Assembly: GCA_963699835.1 (NCBI GenBank)
Contig: CAVOVJ010000008.1
Coordinates: 73,417-137,416 of the forward strand
From: an uncultured Gammaproteobacteria bacterium
GTDB taxonomy: Bacteria; Pseudomonadota; Gammaproteobacteria; Steroidobacterales; BM003
Direction of reading: 5' to 3'
Length of the DNA: 64,000 bases
Shown: positions 51,498-62,522 of the stretch, one piece after another
How the letters are laid out: each line of letters starts with the position of its first letter
Position numbering within the stretch: position 1 is the first letter of the stretch
Made by a program: the position numbers and the translations under genes
The notes under the pieces: model-generated
Told to the model about the DNA's origin: nothing
Seen by the model: the letters and a program-made list of their open reading frames with translations, nothing else
Database searches by the model: none

Positions 51498-52832
51498 ATG
51501 AGCAAGAGAAAGATACTGCTTGTTGATGATGATCCAGGACTGCTCAAGCTCCTGACGATCCGGCTCAAGACCGAGGGTTACGAAGTCGAGGCCGTGGGAA
51601 GCGGCATGGCGGCGCTGAACGCCGCGACGCGGAACCATCCCGACCTTGTCATCTCCGACCTTAAAATGGATGGCATGGACGGAATCGGCCTGCTCGGCGA
51701 ACTGCAGCGGCGGTGGCCCGGATTGCGGGTTATCATCATGACCGCGCACGGCACGATTCCGGATGCGGTGAAAGCGACACAGACTGGCGCATTCGGGTTC
51801 ATCACCAAACCGATCGACAAGGAACAGCTGCTCGATCACATCAGCCGGGCGTTGCAGGTCTCGGGCGCAGCGGCAGGCACAGAGGACTGGCATCAGGAGA
51901 TCATTACCCGTTCGGCGCTAATGGAAGAGCGCCTATCGCAGGCACGAATGGTTGCCGCCACCGATACCCGCGTAATGATCACCGGCGAATCCGGCACCGG
52001 TAAAGAACTCCTGGCCCGCGCGATCCACCGCGCCAGCGCCCGTGCAGATCACCCGTTCGTCGCGATCAATTGTTCGGCGATGGCGGAGACGCTGCTCGAA
52101 TCCGAGTTATTCGGGCATGAAAAAGGCGCATTCACCGGCGCGACCAGGCGTCATGACGGTCTCTTTCAGGCGGCCCACGGCGGGACCCTCCTGCTCGATG
52201 AGATCGGCGACATGCCCGTCACGCTGCAAGCCAAGTTACTGCGCGTCCTGCAGGAGGATCAGGTCAGACCCGTCGGCAGCTCCACGTCTGTGCCTGTCGA
52301 CGTCCGAATCATGTCGGCCACCCACCGCGACCTGAAGTCAATGATGACGCAAGGCGAGTTTCGCGAGGATCTTTTTTATCGCCTCAACGTCGTCAATATC
52401 GAGCTGCCTTCACTCGGCGAGAGACGCGAAGACATTCCGTTGCTGACCGAGCACTTTCTGCGCGAGATTGCTTCCGACACCGGCCTTGAGCGACGCGTCT
52501 ACGCCCCGGAGGCGGTCGAGATGCTTGTGTCGGCGGATTGGCCCGGCAATATTCGTCAGCTTTACAACGTCGTTCGCCAGAACGCGACGCTGTCGTCCAG
52601 CCCGGTGATCAGTGCGGAAGCGGTGAAGTCGGCGTTGGGTGACGATGGCGACTCACTGGCTTCGTTCGCCGAGGCACGCGATGAGTTCATCCGCAATTAC
52701 CTGACGCAGATTCTGCAGATAACGGGCGGTAACGTGACGCGTGCGGCAAAACTCGCGCAACGCAATCGCACTGATTTCTACAAGCTGCTAAACCGCCATG
52801 GGCTCGAGCCCGAGGCATTCAAACGCAACTAG
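51498..52832 (+). CDS. glrR: GlrR/QseF-type sigma-54-dependent response regulator
   Basis: [75 protein letters not shown] and [27 protein letters not shown]. Near-colinear with E. coli GlrR as I recall it. Confidence 0.85.
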   Translation: MSKRKILLVDDDPGLLKLLTIRLKTEGYEVEAVGSGMAALNAATRNHPDLVISDLKMDGMDGIGLLGELQRRWPGLRVIIMTAHGTIPDAVKATQTGAFGFITKPIDKEQLLDHISRALQVSGAAAGTEDWHQEIITRSALMEERLSQARMVAATDTRVMITGESGTGKELLARAIHRASARADHPFVAINCSAMAETLLESELFGHEKGAFTGATRRHDGLFQAAHGGTLLLDEIGDMPVTLQAKLLRVLQEDQVRPVGSSTSVPVDVRIMSATHRDLKSMMTQGEFREDLFYRLNVVNIELPSLGERREDIPLLTEHFLREIASDTGLERRVYAPEAVEMLVSADWPGNIRQLYNVVRQNATLSSSPVISAEAVKSALGDDGDSLASFAEARDEFIRNYLTQILQITGGNVTRAAKLAQRNRTDFYKLLNRHGLEPEAFKRN

Positions 52833-52956
52833 CCGGCCCTGCATGCCGGTGCGAACCGGTGTTCTCCGGTAGCGCAGCGCATGAGAAGCCGGGCAACGCC
52901 CGCAAGCAACAATCGCGGTTTGGGATGTTTCCCGGCGCTGTCGTGAGCGGTGCGTC

Positions 52957-53829
52957 TCACGCTCGCAAAATTACCGTCCGCGGCCCGCTCTGAAACACCC
53001 GACGTTCTGCGTGCCATCGGATCGCGCGCAGCAATACGACACTTTCGAGGTCGTGCCCGATTTCCATCAGTTTGTCCGGACCCATAGCGTGATCGACACG
53101 CTCAACCGCTTGCTCGATGATCGGGCCCTCGTCGAGATCCTCTGTCACATAGTGCGCAGTAGCACCGATAATTTTCACACCTCGTGCATACGCCTGGTGA
53201 TAGGGGCGCGCGCCTTTAAAGCCGGGCAGGAACGAATGGTGAATATTGATGCATTGGCCGCGCAGTCTTTTGCATACTGATGACGACAGAACCTGCATAT
53301 AGCGGGCGAGAACAAGCAAGTCACAATTTGCTTCCTCGAAAATCTCCAGCAATCGATCTTCCTGGTCCGCTTTACTTTCCGGCGTGACCGGAAGATGGTG
53401 ATACGGGACCTCATACCATCCCGCCATTTTCTCCTGCGTTCTGTGGTTGGAAACAATACCGACAATATCGATCGGCAGGACGCCCATACTCCATCGATGC
53501 AGGATACTGTTGAGGCAATGCCCCTGCTTCGATACCGCGATCAGCACCCTCGGCCGCTGCCGGGACGGAAAGAATTTCCAGTGCATCTGAAACTGTCGCG
53601 CGACATCGGCAAAGTTTCTCTCAAGTTCTTTTAGCGGTGGCAAACCACCACCACGGAACTCTGTTCGCATCAACGACCTGTCCTGATAGGGATCGCGAAA
53701 ATGCGCCGACTCGGTAATCAGTCCGTTTTGACCGGCGATAAAGCTGGTCACGGCCGCAACGATACCGGTCGCATCCGGACACTCTGTGGTCAGCACATAG
53801 GAAGGCCCCGTTTCGTTGTTCGCTTGCAT
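52957..53829 (-). CDS. purU: Formyltetrahydrofolate deformylase
   Basis: N-terminal ACT domain plus formyltransferase motifs (INIHHSFLPGFKGARPY, GATAHYVTEDLDEGPII). Confidence 0.9.
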   Translation of the reverse strand: MQANNETGPSYVLTTECPDATGIVAAVTSFIAGQNGLITESAHFRDPYQDRSLMRTEFRGGGLPPLKELERNFADVARQFQMHWKFFPSRQRPRVLIAVSKQGHCLNSILHRWSMGVLPIDIVGIVSNHRTQEKMAGWYEVPYHHLPVTPESKADQEDRLLEIFEEANCDLLVLARYMQVLSSSVCKRLRGQCINIHHSFLPGFKGARPYHQAYARGVKIIGATAHYVTEDLDEGPIIEQAVERVDHAMGPDKLMEIGHDLESVVLLRAIRWHAERRVFQSGPRTVILRA

Positions 53830-53923
53830 GGTTTCTCCCGTCCCGCTGCGGCAGTTTTTGGCTCGATCTTGTTTGATTCAGCCTACGCCAGGCTCACGAG
53901 CCAAGCGAAACTCCGATCACAAA

Positions 53924-54832
53924 CTACCCAACGAACTCCGAAATAGCATCGATAGCACTGGCGAGATCACTAAACCTCAATAACCGGATGTCGCTGCTGT
54001 CGATTATGTCCCTGACGGTGCTGAATCCGCCCTCACCCTGCTCGGCATAATTAAACGCATTGCCGGCGAGCTTCATGAATGCGGCAGACTTCTCGAGCGG
54101 CTGTGAACGAAGCTCCGCGCCCGCCACGTATTTCGGAAATACAACGAGCACGGGGCGAGCGGGGGTGCGGTCGACAGCACTGGCAGCAGACGCCGCCAGA
54201 TGGGCCACTGTCCCTTTTCGTGTCTTCGGAAACTCAGGACCCATTACTGCATGTTCCGAATAGCGACGGATCACCTCGATCGACTCGTTTTTCAGGGCTA
54301 CCGTGCGCGGGACCGGAATAAATTCGCAACTGTGCGGGCGCATCAAACCGAACTCATCGGAAAACAGCCGCCAGCCTGACAGCATCAATGCGGCCGCCAG
54401 CGTACTCTTACCACTCCCCGGTTCTGCGGCGAGAACAATGGCCTTGCCATTTTTCTCGAGCACGGCCGAGTGCAGCACCAGATACTGCTGAGCACGACTA
54501 CCGATACACCAGTTGATTCCCCACTCGAGCAGCGGAAAGGCGCTTTCGAGTGGAAACGGATCGAACGGACAGCTCCCGTCGATGACAAATCGCGCTTGCG
54601 GTCGCCAGAGTCTGCGAACGCCGGGAACGGGCAACATGTTCACATGAAAATCGCTGACGTCGGCGGGGTCGCCCTGCTCAAAATCGCCGTAGAGACGGTA
54701 GACGAGCGAGGACACCTCAACCAGCGGCGTGGTCAGATGCACCTGAAACGGACCCACACGATAAAAAACCCCGGGTCCGGCGGCGGCGTCGACAAAGTCC
54801 TGCTGGGTTTGCGCGGCCGAAATCAGCGCCAT
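53924..54832 (-). CDS. HprK-related kinase A family protein (P-loop)
   Basis: Walker A AAEPGSGKSTLAAAL within an HPr-kinase-like C-terminal fold pattern. About 300 aa. The start overlaps the PqqD-like gene by 10 nt. Family assignment (TIGR04352-like) is from memory. Confidence 0.65.
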   Translation of the reverse strand: MALISAAQTQQDFVDAAAGPGVFYRVGPFQVHLTTPLVEVSSLVYRLYGDFEQGDPADVSDFHVNMLPVPGVRRLWRPQARFVIDGSCPFDPFPLESAFPLLEWGINWCIGSRAQQYLVLHSAVLEKNGKAIVLAAEPGSGKSTLAAALMLSGWRLFSDEFGLMRPHSCEFIPVPRTVALKNESIEVIRRYSEHAVMGPEFPKTRKGTVAHLAASAASAVDRTPARPVLVVFPKYVAGAELRSQPLEKSAAFMKLAGNAFNYAEQGEGGFSTVRDIIDSSDIRLLRFSDLASAIDAISEFVG

Positions 54833-55146
54833 TGATCTGCCAGCCCGGCCGCTTCGAGCCGAAGCACGACATCGGCAAGCTGTTCGCGCAGGATTTCGAG
54901 CTGATTACTCTCTACCTCGACGGACAACGCATCAAACACGGCTTCGCCAGTCAGCGGTCGATCCGACAGCAGTTCCAGGACGGCACCCGCCAGCGGCGCG
55001 AGATAATGAGTCTGGCCAGACCTGCAATCGAATAACACAAACTCTTCCGCGCCCGGCCAGTTACCGAGACGCCACTGCGAGGCACCGGGACTGTACCAGC
55101 TGGAAGTGAACACATTGAATCCGACGTCGGCCACGGCAACGCCCAA
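54823..55146 (-). CDS. PqqD-family (RRE-type) peptide-binding protein
   Basis: 107-aa ORF. The pattern FVLFDCRSGQTHYLAPLAGAVLELLSDRPLTGEAVFDAL is typical of PqqD-like proteins. The start codon is uncertain (TTG at 55146). Confidence 0.6.
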   Translation of the reverse strand: MGVAVADVGFNVFTSSWYSPGASQWRLGNWPGAEEFVLFDCRSGQTHYLAPLAGAVLELLSDRPLTGEAVFDALSVEVESNQLEILREQLADVVLRLEAAGLADQWR

Positions 55147-55167
55147 GATACCGACTAGAGGAGTGGC

Positions 55168-55815
55168 TTACCAGACTTGCTTTGCAGCTGCCTCGGCGAC
55201 CGAACTCCAGCAAGACAACATAACCGCCCTACCGGAATCGGCGTGTTCCGGACCGATGCCCAGAATCCGGCCGTCGTCCGTCACATAGATGATTGCAAAG
55301 CGCTTCTCTTCGACCCAGGTGCGGGTGTAGGTATCGCCCAGCGGGCTCACAAAGGAGTCGCGAAACCCCTTGGACCAGCGATTTCCGTCCAGATCCGATG
55401 CATACCGATCGAAATCGATCAAAAGATGGGCATCGTCCGCGTCGACCCCGCCGACCATGTCACCTCCCTTCATTGGAACGGTGCGCTCGAAGGCTTCAGC
55501 CTTGACGCCATCAGGCTTGAGCTGGGCCGCCCGCTGGTCGCCCTTCAAACCGCTGTCGCGCTGAACCCAAAAAGCCTTGACTTCCTGCCGCGCCCACTTG
55601 TCCGTCCACTTGGAGAACATGGTCTTCGGCTGTTCCTGCTGGTTGGCTACGCACTCGGTAAAACTGCCCGCTGCCGCCGACACCGGTGTAAGAGTCAACA
55701 CCGCTGGTGCCGCGGCGCCAGCCGCAAGCAGGCTGCGCCGCCTCTTGTCGACGGTCTGGTCAAAAAGTTTTGCGCCCGGCTTAACCGGTTGATCTGAGGC
55801 TATTTTTTTATTCAT
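55168..55815 (-). CDS. Hypothetical exported protein with twin-arginine-like signal
   Basis: ATG at 55815. KRRRSLLAAGAAAPAVLTLTPVSAAAG. No domain recognised. First gene of the PqqD/kinase transcription unit. Confidence 0.5.
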   Translation of the reverse strand: MNKKIASDQPVKPGAKLFDQTVDKRRRSLLAAGAAAPAVLTLTPVSAAAGSFTECVANQQEQPKTMFSKWTDKWARQEVKAFWVQRDSGLKGDQRAAQLKPDGVKAEAFERTVPMKGGDMVGGVDADDAHLLIDFDRYASDLDGNRWSKGFRDSFVSPLGDTYTRTWVEEKRFAIIYVTDDGRILGIGPEHADSGRAVMLSCWSSVAEAAAKQVW

Positions 55816-56041
55816 CCCTGTTCTTCTTCTGCCCGGTCGGATTTCCAAAAGGTGCCGAGCTCTAAGTATAGACCGCAAATTATTACCAACATAAGGCCAT
55901 TTAACTTAATCCGGAAAATGGTTTTTCCCGTTTTTCTCAGCGGCTTATGCCAGTGGCTTAGAGTACACTCTCACCAGTTCGATATCCAGCCTCGTCGCAA
56001 ACGCGGGGTTTCACACGCCACTCGAGGCACGCCGAAAACCG

Positions 56042-57142
56042 ATGCCCCTTTCTTTTTCGCTACCCAGCTGGCTTCAGATGCAAATCGACCCCGGTGGCGC
56101 TGGCGATCGCTCAGCCGCCGAATGGGACCGTTTCCTCCGCGCTTCCCGCCGCGAAGGGCTTCTCGGACGCTTCGCAATGCAGCTCGATCAGCTCGATATT
56201 ACCGCGTCTCTGCCGGCAAAAATCCAGGACATGCTAACCGCCGGTAAGACGACAGCCGCACAGCATCGGCGCATGATCCGCTGGGAAACCGACAGAATCG
56301 GATATGCGTTGAGGCGATGCAGCTTTCCTGTGGTTCTGTTGAAAGGGGCAGCCTACCTCGGCGCGGACCTGCCCTTGTCGCTGGGACGACTCGTGTCCGA
56401 CATCGATATACTCGTCGCGCAGGAACACCTCCGCGCAGTCGAAGCCGCGCTGTTGTCGGAAGGCTGGCAGCATGTCAAACCCGACCCTTACGATCAGCGC
56501 TACTACCGGCGCTGGATGCATGAATTGCCGCCAATGCGCCATCAGATGCGACGTACCGAGATCGACGTGCACCACAACATCCTGCCGCTGACTGGCAAAC
56601 TTAAAGTCGACGCGTCCGCTTTGCTGGAGGGAGCGGTGCCGATCGGGGACCAGCGATTCATGGTCCTTGGCCCCGCCGATATGACGCTGCATTCCGCGGT
56701 GCACCTGTTCCACGATGGCGCGTTCGAACACGGTTTACGCGATTTGCTCGACCTCGATGCGCTGTTCACCGATTTCGGCCGCGACAGCCGGTACTGGCAA
56801 TCACTCGCCGACCGCGCCGAGCAATTGGGCCTGACGCACCCTCTTTATTATGCGCTGGACACTTGCCATCGCGCCCTCGCAACCGCCATCCCGGAATCGA
56901 TGCTGGACCGGGCACAGACATGGAGACCGGGCGGGCTGAAACGCCGAATGATGGAATACCTCGTCCAGCACCAGGTTCTGCGGTCGCGAATCGATGACAT
57001 CGGGCGCGAGAATGCTATTGCTGACACCCTTGCAGAGACCCGCGCCCACCTGCTTCGCATGCCACTCCGGCTTTTGCTACCGCATCTTGCGCACAAGACC
57101 ATGTTGCGCATGGCCGAGCCAAAAAAGAGTTACGATGGCTGA
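56042..57142 (+). CDS. Uncharacterised nucleotidyltransferase family protein (NTP_transf_5-like)
   Basis: VVLLKGAAYLGADLPLSLGRLVSDIDILVAQEHL...GW is the family signature. Divergent from the PqqD/kinase unit. Confidence 0.7.
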   Translation: MPLSFSLPSWLQMQIDPGGAGDRSAAEWDRFLRASRREGLLGRFAMQLDQLDITASLPAKIQDMLTAGKTTAAQHRRMIRWETDRIGYALRRCSFPVVLLKGAAYLGADLPLSLGRLVSDIDILVAQEHLRAVEAALLSEGWQHVKPDPYDQRYYRRWMHELPPMRHQMRRTEIDVHHNILPLTGKLKVDASALLEGAVPIGDQRFMVLGPADMTLHSAVHLFHDGAFEHGLRDLLDLDALFTDFGRDSRYWQSLADRAEQLGLTHPLYYALDTCHRALATAIPESMLDRAQTWRPGGLKRRMMEYLVQHQVLRSRIDDIGRENAIADTLAETRAHLLRMPLRLLLPHLAHKTMLRMAEPKKSYDG

Positions 57143-57146
57143 ATCG

Positions 57147-58328
57147 TCAGCTTCCGCCGCGATACTCGAACGCACCGATATCGATCGGGCCGATTGTCGC
57201 GCGCGGCGCCGTGCCCCGCACTTTCTGGACTTCCAGCGTTGGCGTAAGCGATACACCCTCGAAATCTTCGACCTGCAGGCCGGCGTCGATGGCTTTGGCA
57301 CCCGCAGCAGAGTGAGAAATCGCGCTCTTTCCATGCGACAAACGGGGAATCAGCCGGTGACGTCACGAGCAAATTATTCGGTGTACCTCGATCGCCGCCG
57401 AGACCGAATTCCCCGCCTCCTGCAAAAATATTGTTGACGACCGACACGCTGGACGGCGAGTGCCGGATCTTCAGGAAAACGGTGTTTGCACGATCCGTGA
57501 CGAAAGTATTGTTGACCACAAACAATACGCTGTCGGCATGCGGGTTTTTCTCAGCACCAAAGGAGACCATGCCATTATTGCGCGCATTCGGACCCTGATG
57601 CAGCACGTTGCCGACCAGGAAGGCCCTGCCTCCCTGCGGAAAATCGACCAGGTAGCTCGAATCACCGGTCTCGCCGTCGTCGATGCGGTTGAACATATGA
57701 GGCTCTCGCGCGCCCGCGACTTTATATGGTGACCCGTGTGCGTCTGACTAAACACGCTACCGCGAATGGTCAGTCGGTAATGTTACCGACATAGATGCCG
57801 TGGGCCCGGCCGCTGCTGTGGCCGTTTCTCTCGAACAGCGAATCTTCAATGACGATCTCGCTCTCGCCTTTGTTTTTCTTGGTCCGGCCGGCAAGAATGC
57901 CGTTTTCGTTGTCGATGAAGCGGCAATTCCTGACAGTCAGGTTGGCCCCAAGCAGGCGTATACCCGCGCCATTCTTGTCGCGAACGCGCGCTCCCGAAAA
58001 GGCAATGTTCTCGACCCTGACGTTATTGCCGGAAATAACCCAGATCCCCATCCCCCGCGCGTTCCTGCCCGCAGCCTTGATTTCCACATTGCCAATACCG
58101 CGGAGGGTAAGATTGTTGCGCTTCCAAACCGCGACATCGCCTCAGTAGGTCCCGGCCATGATCTCGATCGTGTCCCCGTCTTTTGCCGCCTTCGCATGCG
58201 GCGCCAGGATCCGGGTAGGCCTCGCCCGGACCCACTCGCAGGGTGCTCGCCATGGATGTGACCGGCACGACCGCGGCAACCAGCAAAAGACTGCATACCG
58301 CAAACACTGAAATGGCTCGATTTTTCAT
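57147..58328 (-). pseudogene. Secreted right-handed parallel beta-helix repeat protein (polysaccharide lyase/epimerase-like); at least 4 frame breaks
   Basis: Signal peptide MKNRAISVFAVCSLLLVAAVVPVTSMA. Beta-helix repeats (GIWVISGNNVRVENIAFSG, GAGIRLLGANLTVRNCRFIDNENGIL, HGIYVGNI, FVVNNTFV) are spread over ORFs 58023..58328, 57770..58087, 57471..57755, 57130..57696 and 57147..57341. Confidence 0.6.
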
Positions 58329-58506
58329 AATTCCGATGACACTCGTTTCCCCGTCAACCTATAGCTTTCGCCTATTTAGCATGGATCGCAAATCTGTGCG
58401 CTGCGCCATACTTCTGTTAGATTCCGCATTGTATGCTTCGGCTCATCAACAAAAAATTCCATTTCTTCTTTAAATTACACCAACTTAGCGGGATGCAGGC
58501 GGCTCA

Positions 58507-60092
58507 ATGCTGGTTCATGAATTACTGATAGACAGCGCCCATCACAATCCCGATGGGCAGGCGCTGACACTCAGGTCCGACATGCTGTCCTACGGCGATC
58601 TCGCGTCACGGGTCGGCGCGTTTGCGAGACGCTGTCCTCGGTGCCGACCTCAGACCCACGGACCGGGTCGCGGTCTATTTGCCAAAGACGTTCGAAACGG
58701 TGATTTCCTTTTTCGGCACCGCGCATGCCGGCGGCGTTTTCGTTCCGGTCAACCCGTTGCTGAAACCCGCCCAGGTTGCCTATATTCTGCAGGACTGCAA
58801 TGTCCGGATTCTCGTCACCAGCGGCGACCGCCTGGCGCAACTCGGCGATGATTTGCGCCACTGCACCGATCTTCATACTGTCGTGGTCACCGGAAATGAT
58901 GGTAGCGCAACGCCAGACCTCGGTCACGTTCACGTTGTCAACTGGGGCGAGTTCATCAGTGCCGAAAGTCAACAGCTGGTGCGTCGCCGTATCGACACAG
59001 ATATGGCCGCGATTCTTTATACATCGGGAAGCACCGGCAGTCCGAAAGGCGTCGTGCTGTCTCACCGAAATATCGTGGCTGGAGCGCAAAGCGTCGCTAC
59101 CTATCTCGAGAACACATCAAGAGACCGACTTGCTCGCGGTACTTCCTTTCAGTTTCGATTACGGCTTCAGCCAGCTTACGACTGCTTTTCTGAAAGGCGC
59201 CATGGTCGTAATGATGGACTACCTGCTACCGCGTGACGTCATTCGTGCCATCGACAAACACGCCATCACCGGGCTGGCCGGGGTGCCGCCGCTGTGGAAC
59301 CAGCTATGCAAGCTGGACTGGCCGGAGAGCGCGCGTGAGACGCTGCGCTATATCACGAACTCAGGTGGTGCGATGCCAACGGCAACATTGGCCTCGTTAC
59401 GCGAACGCCTGCCGAAGACCCGGCCCTACCTGATGTACGGGCTCACCGAGGCCTTCCGCTCGACCTATTTGCCGCCTGAAGAAATAGACCGGCGTCCCAC
59501 CTCCATGGGCAAGGCTATTCCCAATGCAGAGATTCTGGTGGTCCGCGAGGACGGCGCAGCGTGTTCGCCGGGCGAACCCGGAGAACTCGTGCACCGCGGC
59601 GCGCTGGTGTCGCTCGGGTACTGGAACGACGAGGAGCGCACGAAGCAAAGGTTTAGACCGGCACCTGGTCAGCCCGACGGCATCGTGTTGCGGGAAATCG
59701 CGGTCTGGTCCGGTGATACCGTCAAAAAGGACGAGGCTGGATTCCTCTACTTTATCGGCCGCAAGGACGACATGATCAAGACTTCGGGCTATCGGATCAG
59801 TCCCACCGAGATCGAGGAAGTCGTGTACGCATCCGGCCATGTCAGCGAAGTCGCAGCGCTGGGGATTTCTCACCCTGATCTCGGTCAGGCAATCGTCCTG
59901 GTCGCCGTGCCCGCACCTGGAGCCGACCCAAGCGATGACCGCGTTCTGTCTTTTTGCCGCGAGCAGTTGCCCAATTTCATGGTCCCTTCGCGAATCGTCT
60001 GGCGCGACAAGCTGCCGCGTAATCCCAACGGCAAGATCGACCGCAAGTCACTAACCGCTGGACTGGATTCAATGTTCGAGGTAGGCGAATGA
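58507..60092 (+). pseudogene. AMP-forming acyl-CoA ligase of the exosortase-A-associated type; two frame breaks (~58625, ~59125)
   Basis: AMP-binding motifs ILYTSGSTGSPKGVVLSH, YGLTEA, SGDTVKKDEAGFLYFIGRKDDMIKTSGYRISPTEIE and PRNPNGKIDRK lie in three frames. Adjacent to the PLP decarboxylase, as in TIGR03098/TIGR03099 pairs (from memory). Confidence 0.8.
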
Positions 60093-61332
60093 GTCGCGAA
60101 AGCAAACATCGTCATGTGGCCCTCGAGAGCGTCGACACTGTCGACAACGTGCTTATATGGGCGGGACGGAAAATCTCGGACATTGCAGAAGAAGTCGGGC
60201 AAACGCCGTTCTACTGCTACGACCGCGACAGACTGGACCGGCGCGTCGCGGAACTTCGATCGGCACTGCCGGACGACATATCCATTCACTACGCGATGAA
60301 GGCAAATCCGATGCCCGCGGTTGTCGCGCACATGGTGACACTCGTCGACGGCCTTGACGTTGCCAGCGGCGGTGAGTTGCGGGTGGCTCTCGACACGGGT
60401 ATCGACCCCCAACTCGTATCGTTTGCCGGGCCAGGCAAACGAATTGAAGAAATCGCCCAGGCTATTGCCGCCGGCATCACTTTAAACGTCGAGTCCGAGC
60501 TCGAACTCGAACGGATCGTCCGGATCGCCGGCGAACAGAATCGACGCGCGAGTGTTGCGATTCGCGTCAACCCGGATTTCGAACTGAAAACGTCGGGCAT
60601 GAAGATGGGCGGCCGGCCCGCGCAGTTCGGCATTGACGCCGAACGCGTTCCCGGCATTCTCCGGGAAATCAATCTGGACGAGATTGATTTCGCCGGCTTT
60701 CATGTGTACTCGGGCAGCCAGAATCTGAGTCACGACGCAATTATCGAAAGTCAGACCAAGACGCTCGATCTGTGTATCACGGCTAGCGGAAGATGCGCCC
60801 TGCCCACCGCGGCTGCTCAACATCGGTGGCGGTTTCGGCATTCCGTATTTTCCGGCTGACCGACATCTCGATCTCGCACCGATTGGCGAGAATCTCGAGC
60901 AACTCGTGCCCAAAGCACAAGGGCCAGCCTCGGCGATGTCGAGATCGTTATCGAACTCGGCCGCTACCTGGCAGGCGAAGCGGGCATCTACGTCAGCCGC
61001 GTCCTGGACAAGAAAATCTCGCGCGGCGAGACCTTCCTGGTTGTCGACGGGGGGCTTCATCATCACCTCGCCGCATCGGGTAACTTTCGGCCAGATTTTG
61101 CGTAAGAATTACCCGACCGTGGTCGGCACATCGGTCGTGGACGAATCGATGTCCGCTGCCACGGTGGTCGGACCGCTTTGCACGCCGCTCGATCTGCTCG
61201 CCGACACCATGCCGCTGGGCCATGCCGAGGTCGGGAGATCTGATCGTTGTGTTCCAGTCCGGCGCATATGGACTCTCTGCCAGTCCGACCCGTTTCCTGA
61301 GTCATCCGGAGCCGGGCGAGTTGCTTGTCTGA
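60089..61332 (+). pseudogene. PLP-dependent (Orn/DAP/Arg-type) decarboxylase of the exosortase-A-associated type; about 4 frame breaks
   Basis: The ATGA start overlaps the ligase stop. HYAMKANP (Lys for PLP), DVASGGEL, LLNIGGGFGIPY, IELGRYLAGEAG, VVGPLCTP and FQSGAYG are distributed over alternating frames. Confidence 0.8.
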
Positions 61333-61415
61333 TCCCGCCGCCCCGGCCTTCACCTGACATCGAATCCACAGCCGATATCTGGCAGCAGTATCCAGACACA
61401 TTTGACCGAAACCAC

Positions 61416-62368
61416 ATGAGTGAAAGACTCTCCCCATCGGGAGCACACAGCGATGCATCATGGAACGGTGAGGAGCCGCTGGTGTCCGTCATCGTGCCGG
61501 CTTATAACGCCGAGAGTCACATCGCACGCGCTTTGCAGAGCATAAGTGGGCAAACCTATCCGAAGCGTAGAAATTATCGTCGTCGACGATGGCTCAACAG
61601 ATGCGACGAAGAAGGTCGTTCGCCGTTGCGGCTCCTGACGCCAGGTACATCCGCATAAAGAATTCGGGGCCGGCCGCGGCGCGCAATGAGGGCAATCGTC
61701 ATGCAAAGGGCAAGTACATTGCGTTTCTCGATGCAGACGATTTATGGCATCCGCGCAAGCTTGAACTGCAGGTTGCATACCTCGAACGGAACGCAGGAAT
61801 CGGAGCCGTGTTCTGTACGTGGTGTGAGACCTTTCCCACCGAGACAAATATTGACTGGAGAACAAAAGCAGGAATCCGACGCACCGCTGGCCTGGAGATC
61901 GTGCCGCAGAATTCTGGCTGGCTCTATCCCGAATTGTTGCTAGACACCATAATCCACACATCCTCGGTGATCTTGCGCAAGGATTTGTTCGACGGACTTA
62001 CGGATTCAATCAATCGCTCACCATTGGCGAGGATTATGATCTCTGGATCCGGCTTTCACGGATCACCGAAATACACAAATTGCGCGCTACGCTCTCGGGT
62101 ACGAGCAACGCCTGGACAGTATCACGCGGACGCCCCAGGCGAGCCCGTTCGGCGCGACCGTGATTCGCAGAAATCTGAAACAAATGGGGACGGCGGGTCC
62201 GGACGGCCGCCGCGCAAACTGGTTCGCCGTGCGGCGGCGAATTGCACAGTCCTTTCGCAATTATGGCGCGACTCACCTGAGGCTTGGTGCTCGCGCCACC
62301 GCGATCCGTTCCTGCGCTGCACGCGTCGTTCTATGATCCGATTTCCTCAAGCAACTGGCGCAGCCTGA
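61416..62368 (+). pseudogene. Family 2 glycosyltransferase; about 3 frame breaks, 3' end uncertain (62345 or 62368)
   Basis: VSVIVPAYNAE...GQTYP, (VE)IIVVDDGSTD in a second frame, YIAFLDADDLWHPRKLE, then GEDYDLWIRL in another frame. Confidence 0.75.
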
Positions 62369-62522
62369 TAAAGGCACGTGATTAATTACAAAACGTCAAG
62401 GGGCCTGCAAAAAACCGACGGAGCCGCCGATCCATGAATCAGTCGGCAACATGTCAGTGTGAATATGTCGCCACGAAGAAGGGCATCGGATCATCCGCGC
62501 TGCGCTATTCGAAGAGTCACCA

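Noticed and set aside
49378-52832. Reading the kinase/regulator pair as the PEP-CTERM system regulators PrsK/PrsR.
   Set aside because: PrsK is a much larger, multi-TM kinase. This kinase has the 2-TM plus HAMP layout and the HELKTPLA..REG H-box of GlrK. The regulator is near-colinear with GlrR, and a lipoprotein gene sits between them as in glrK-qseG-glrR.
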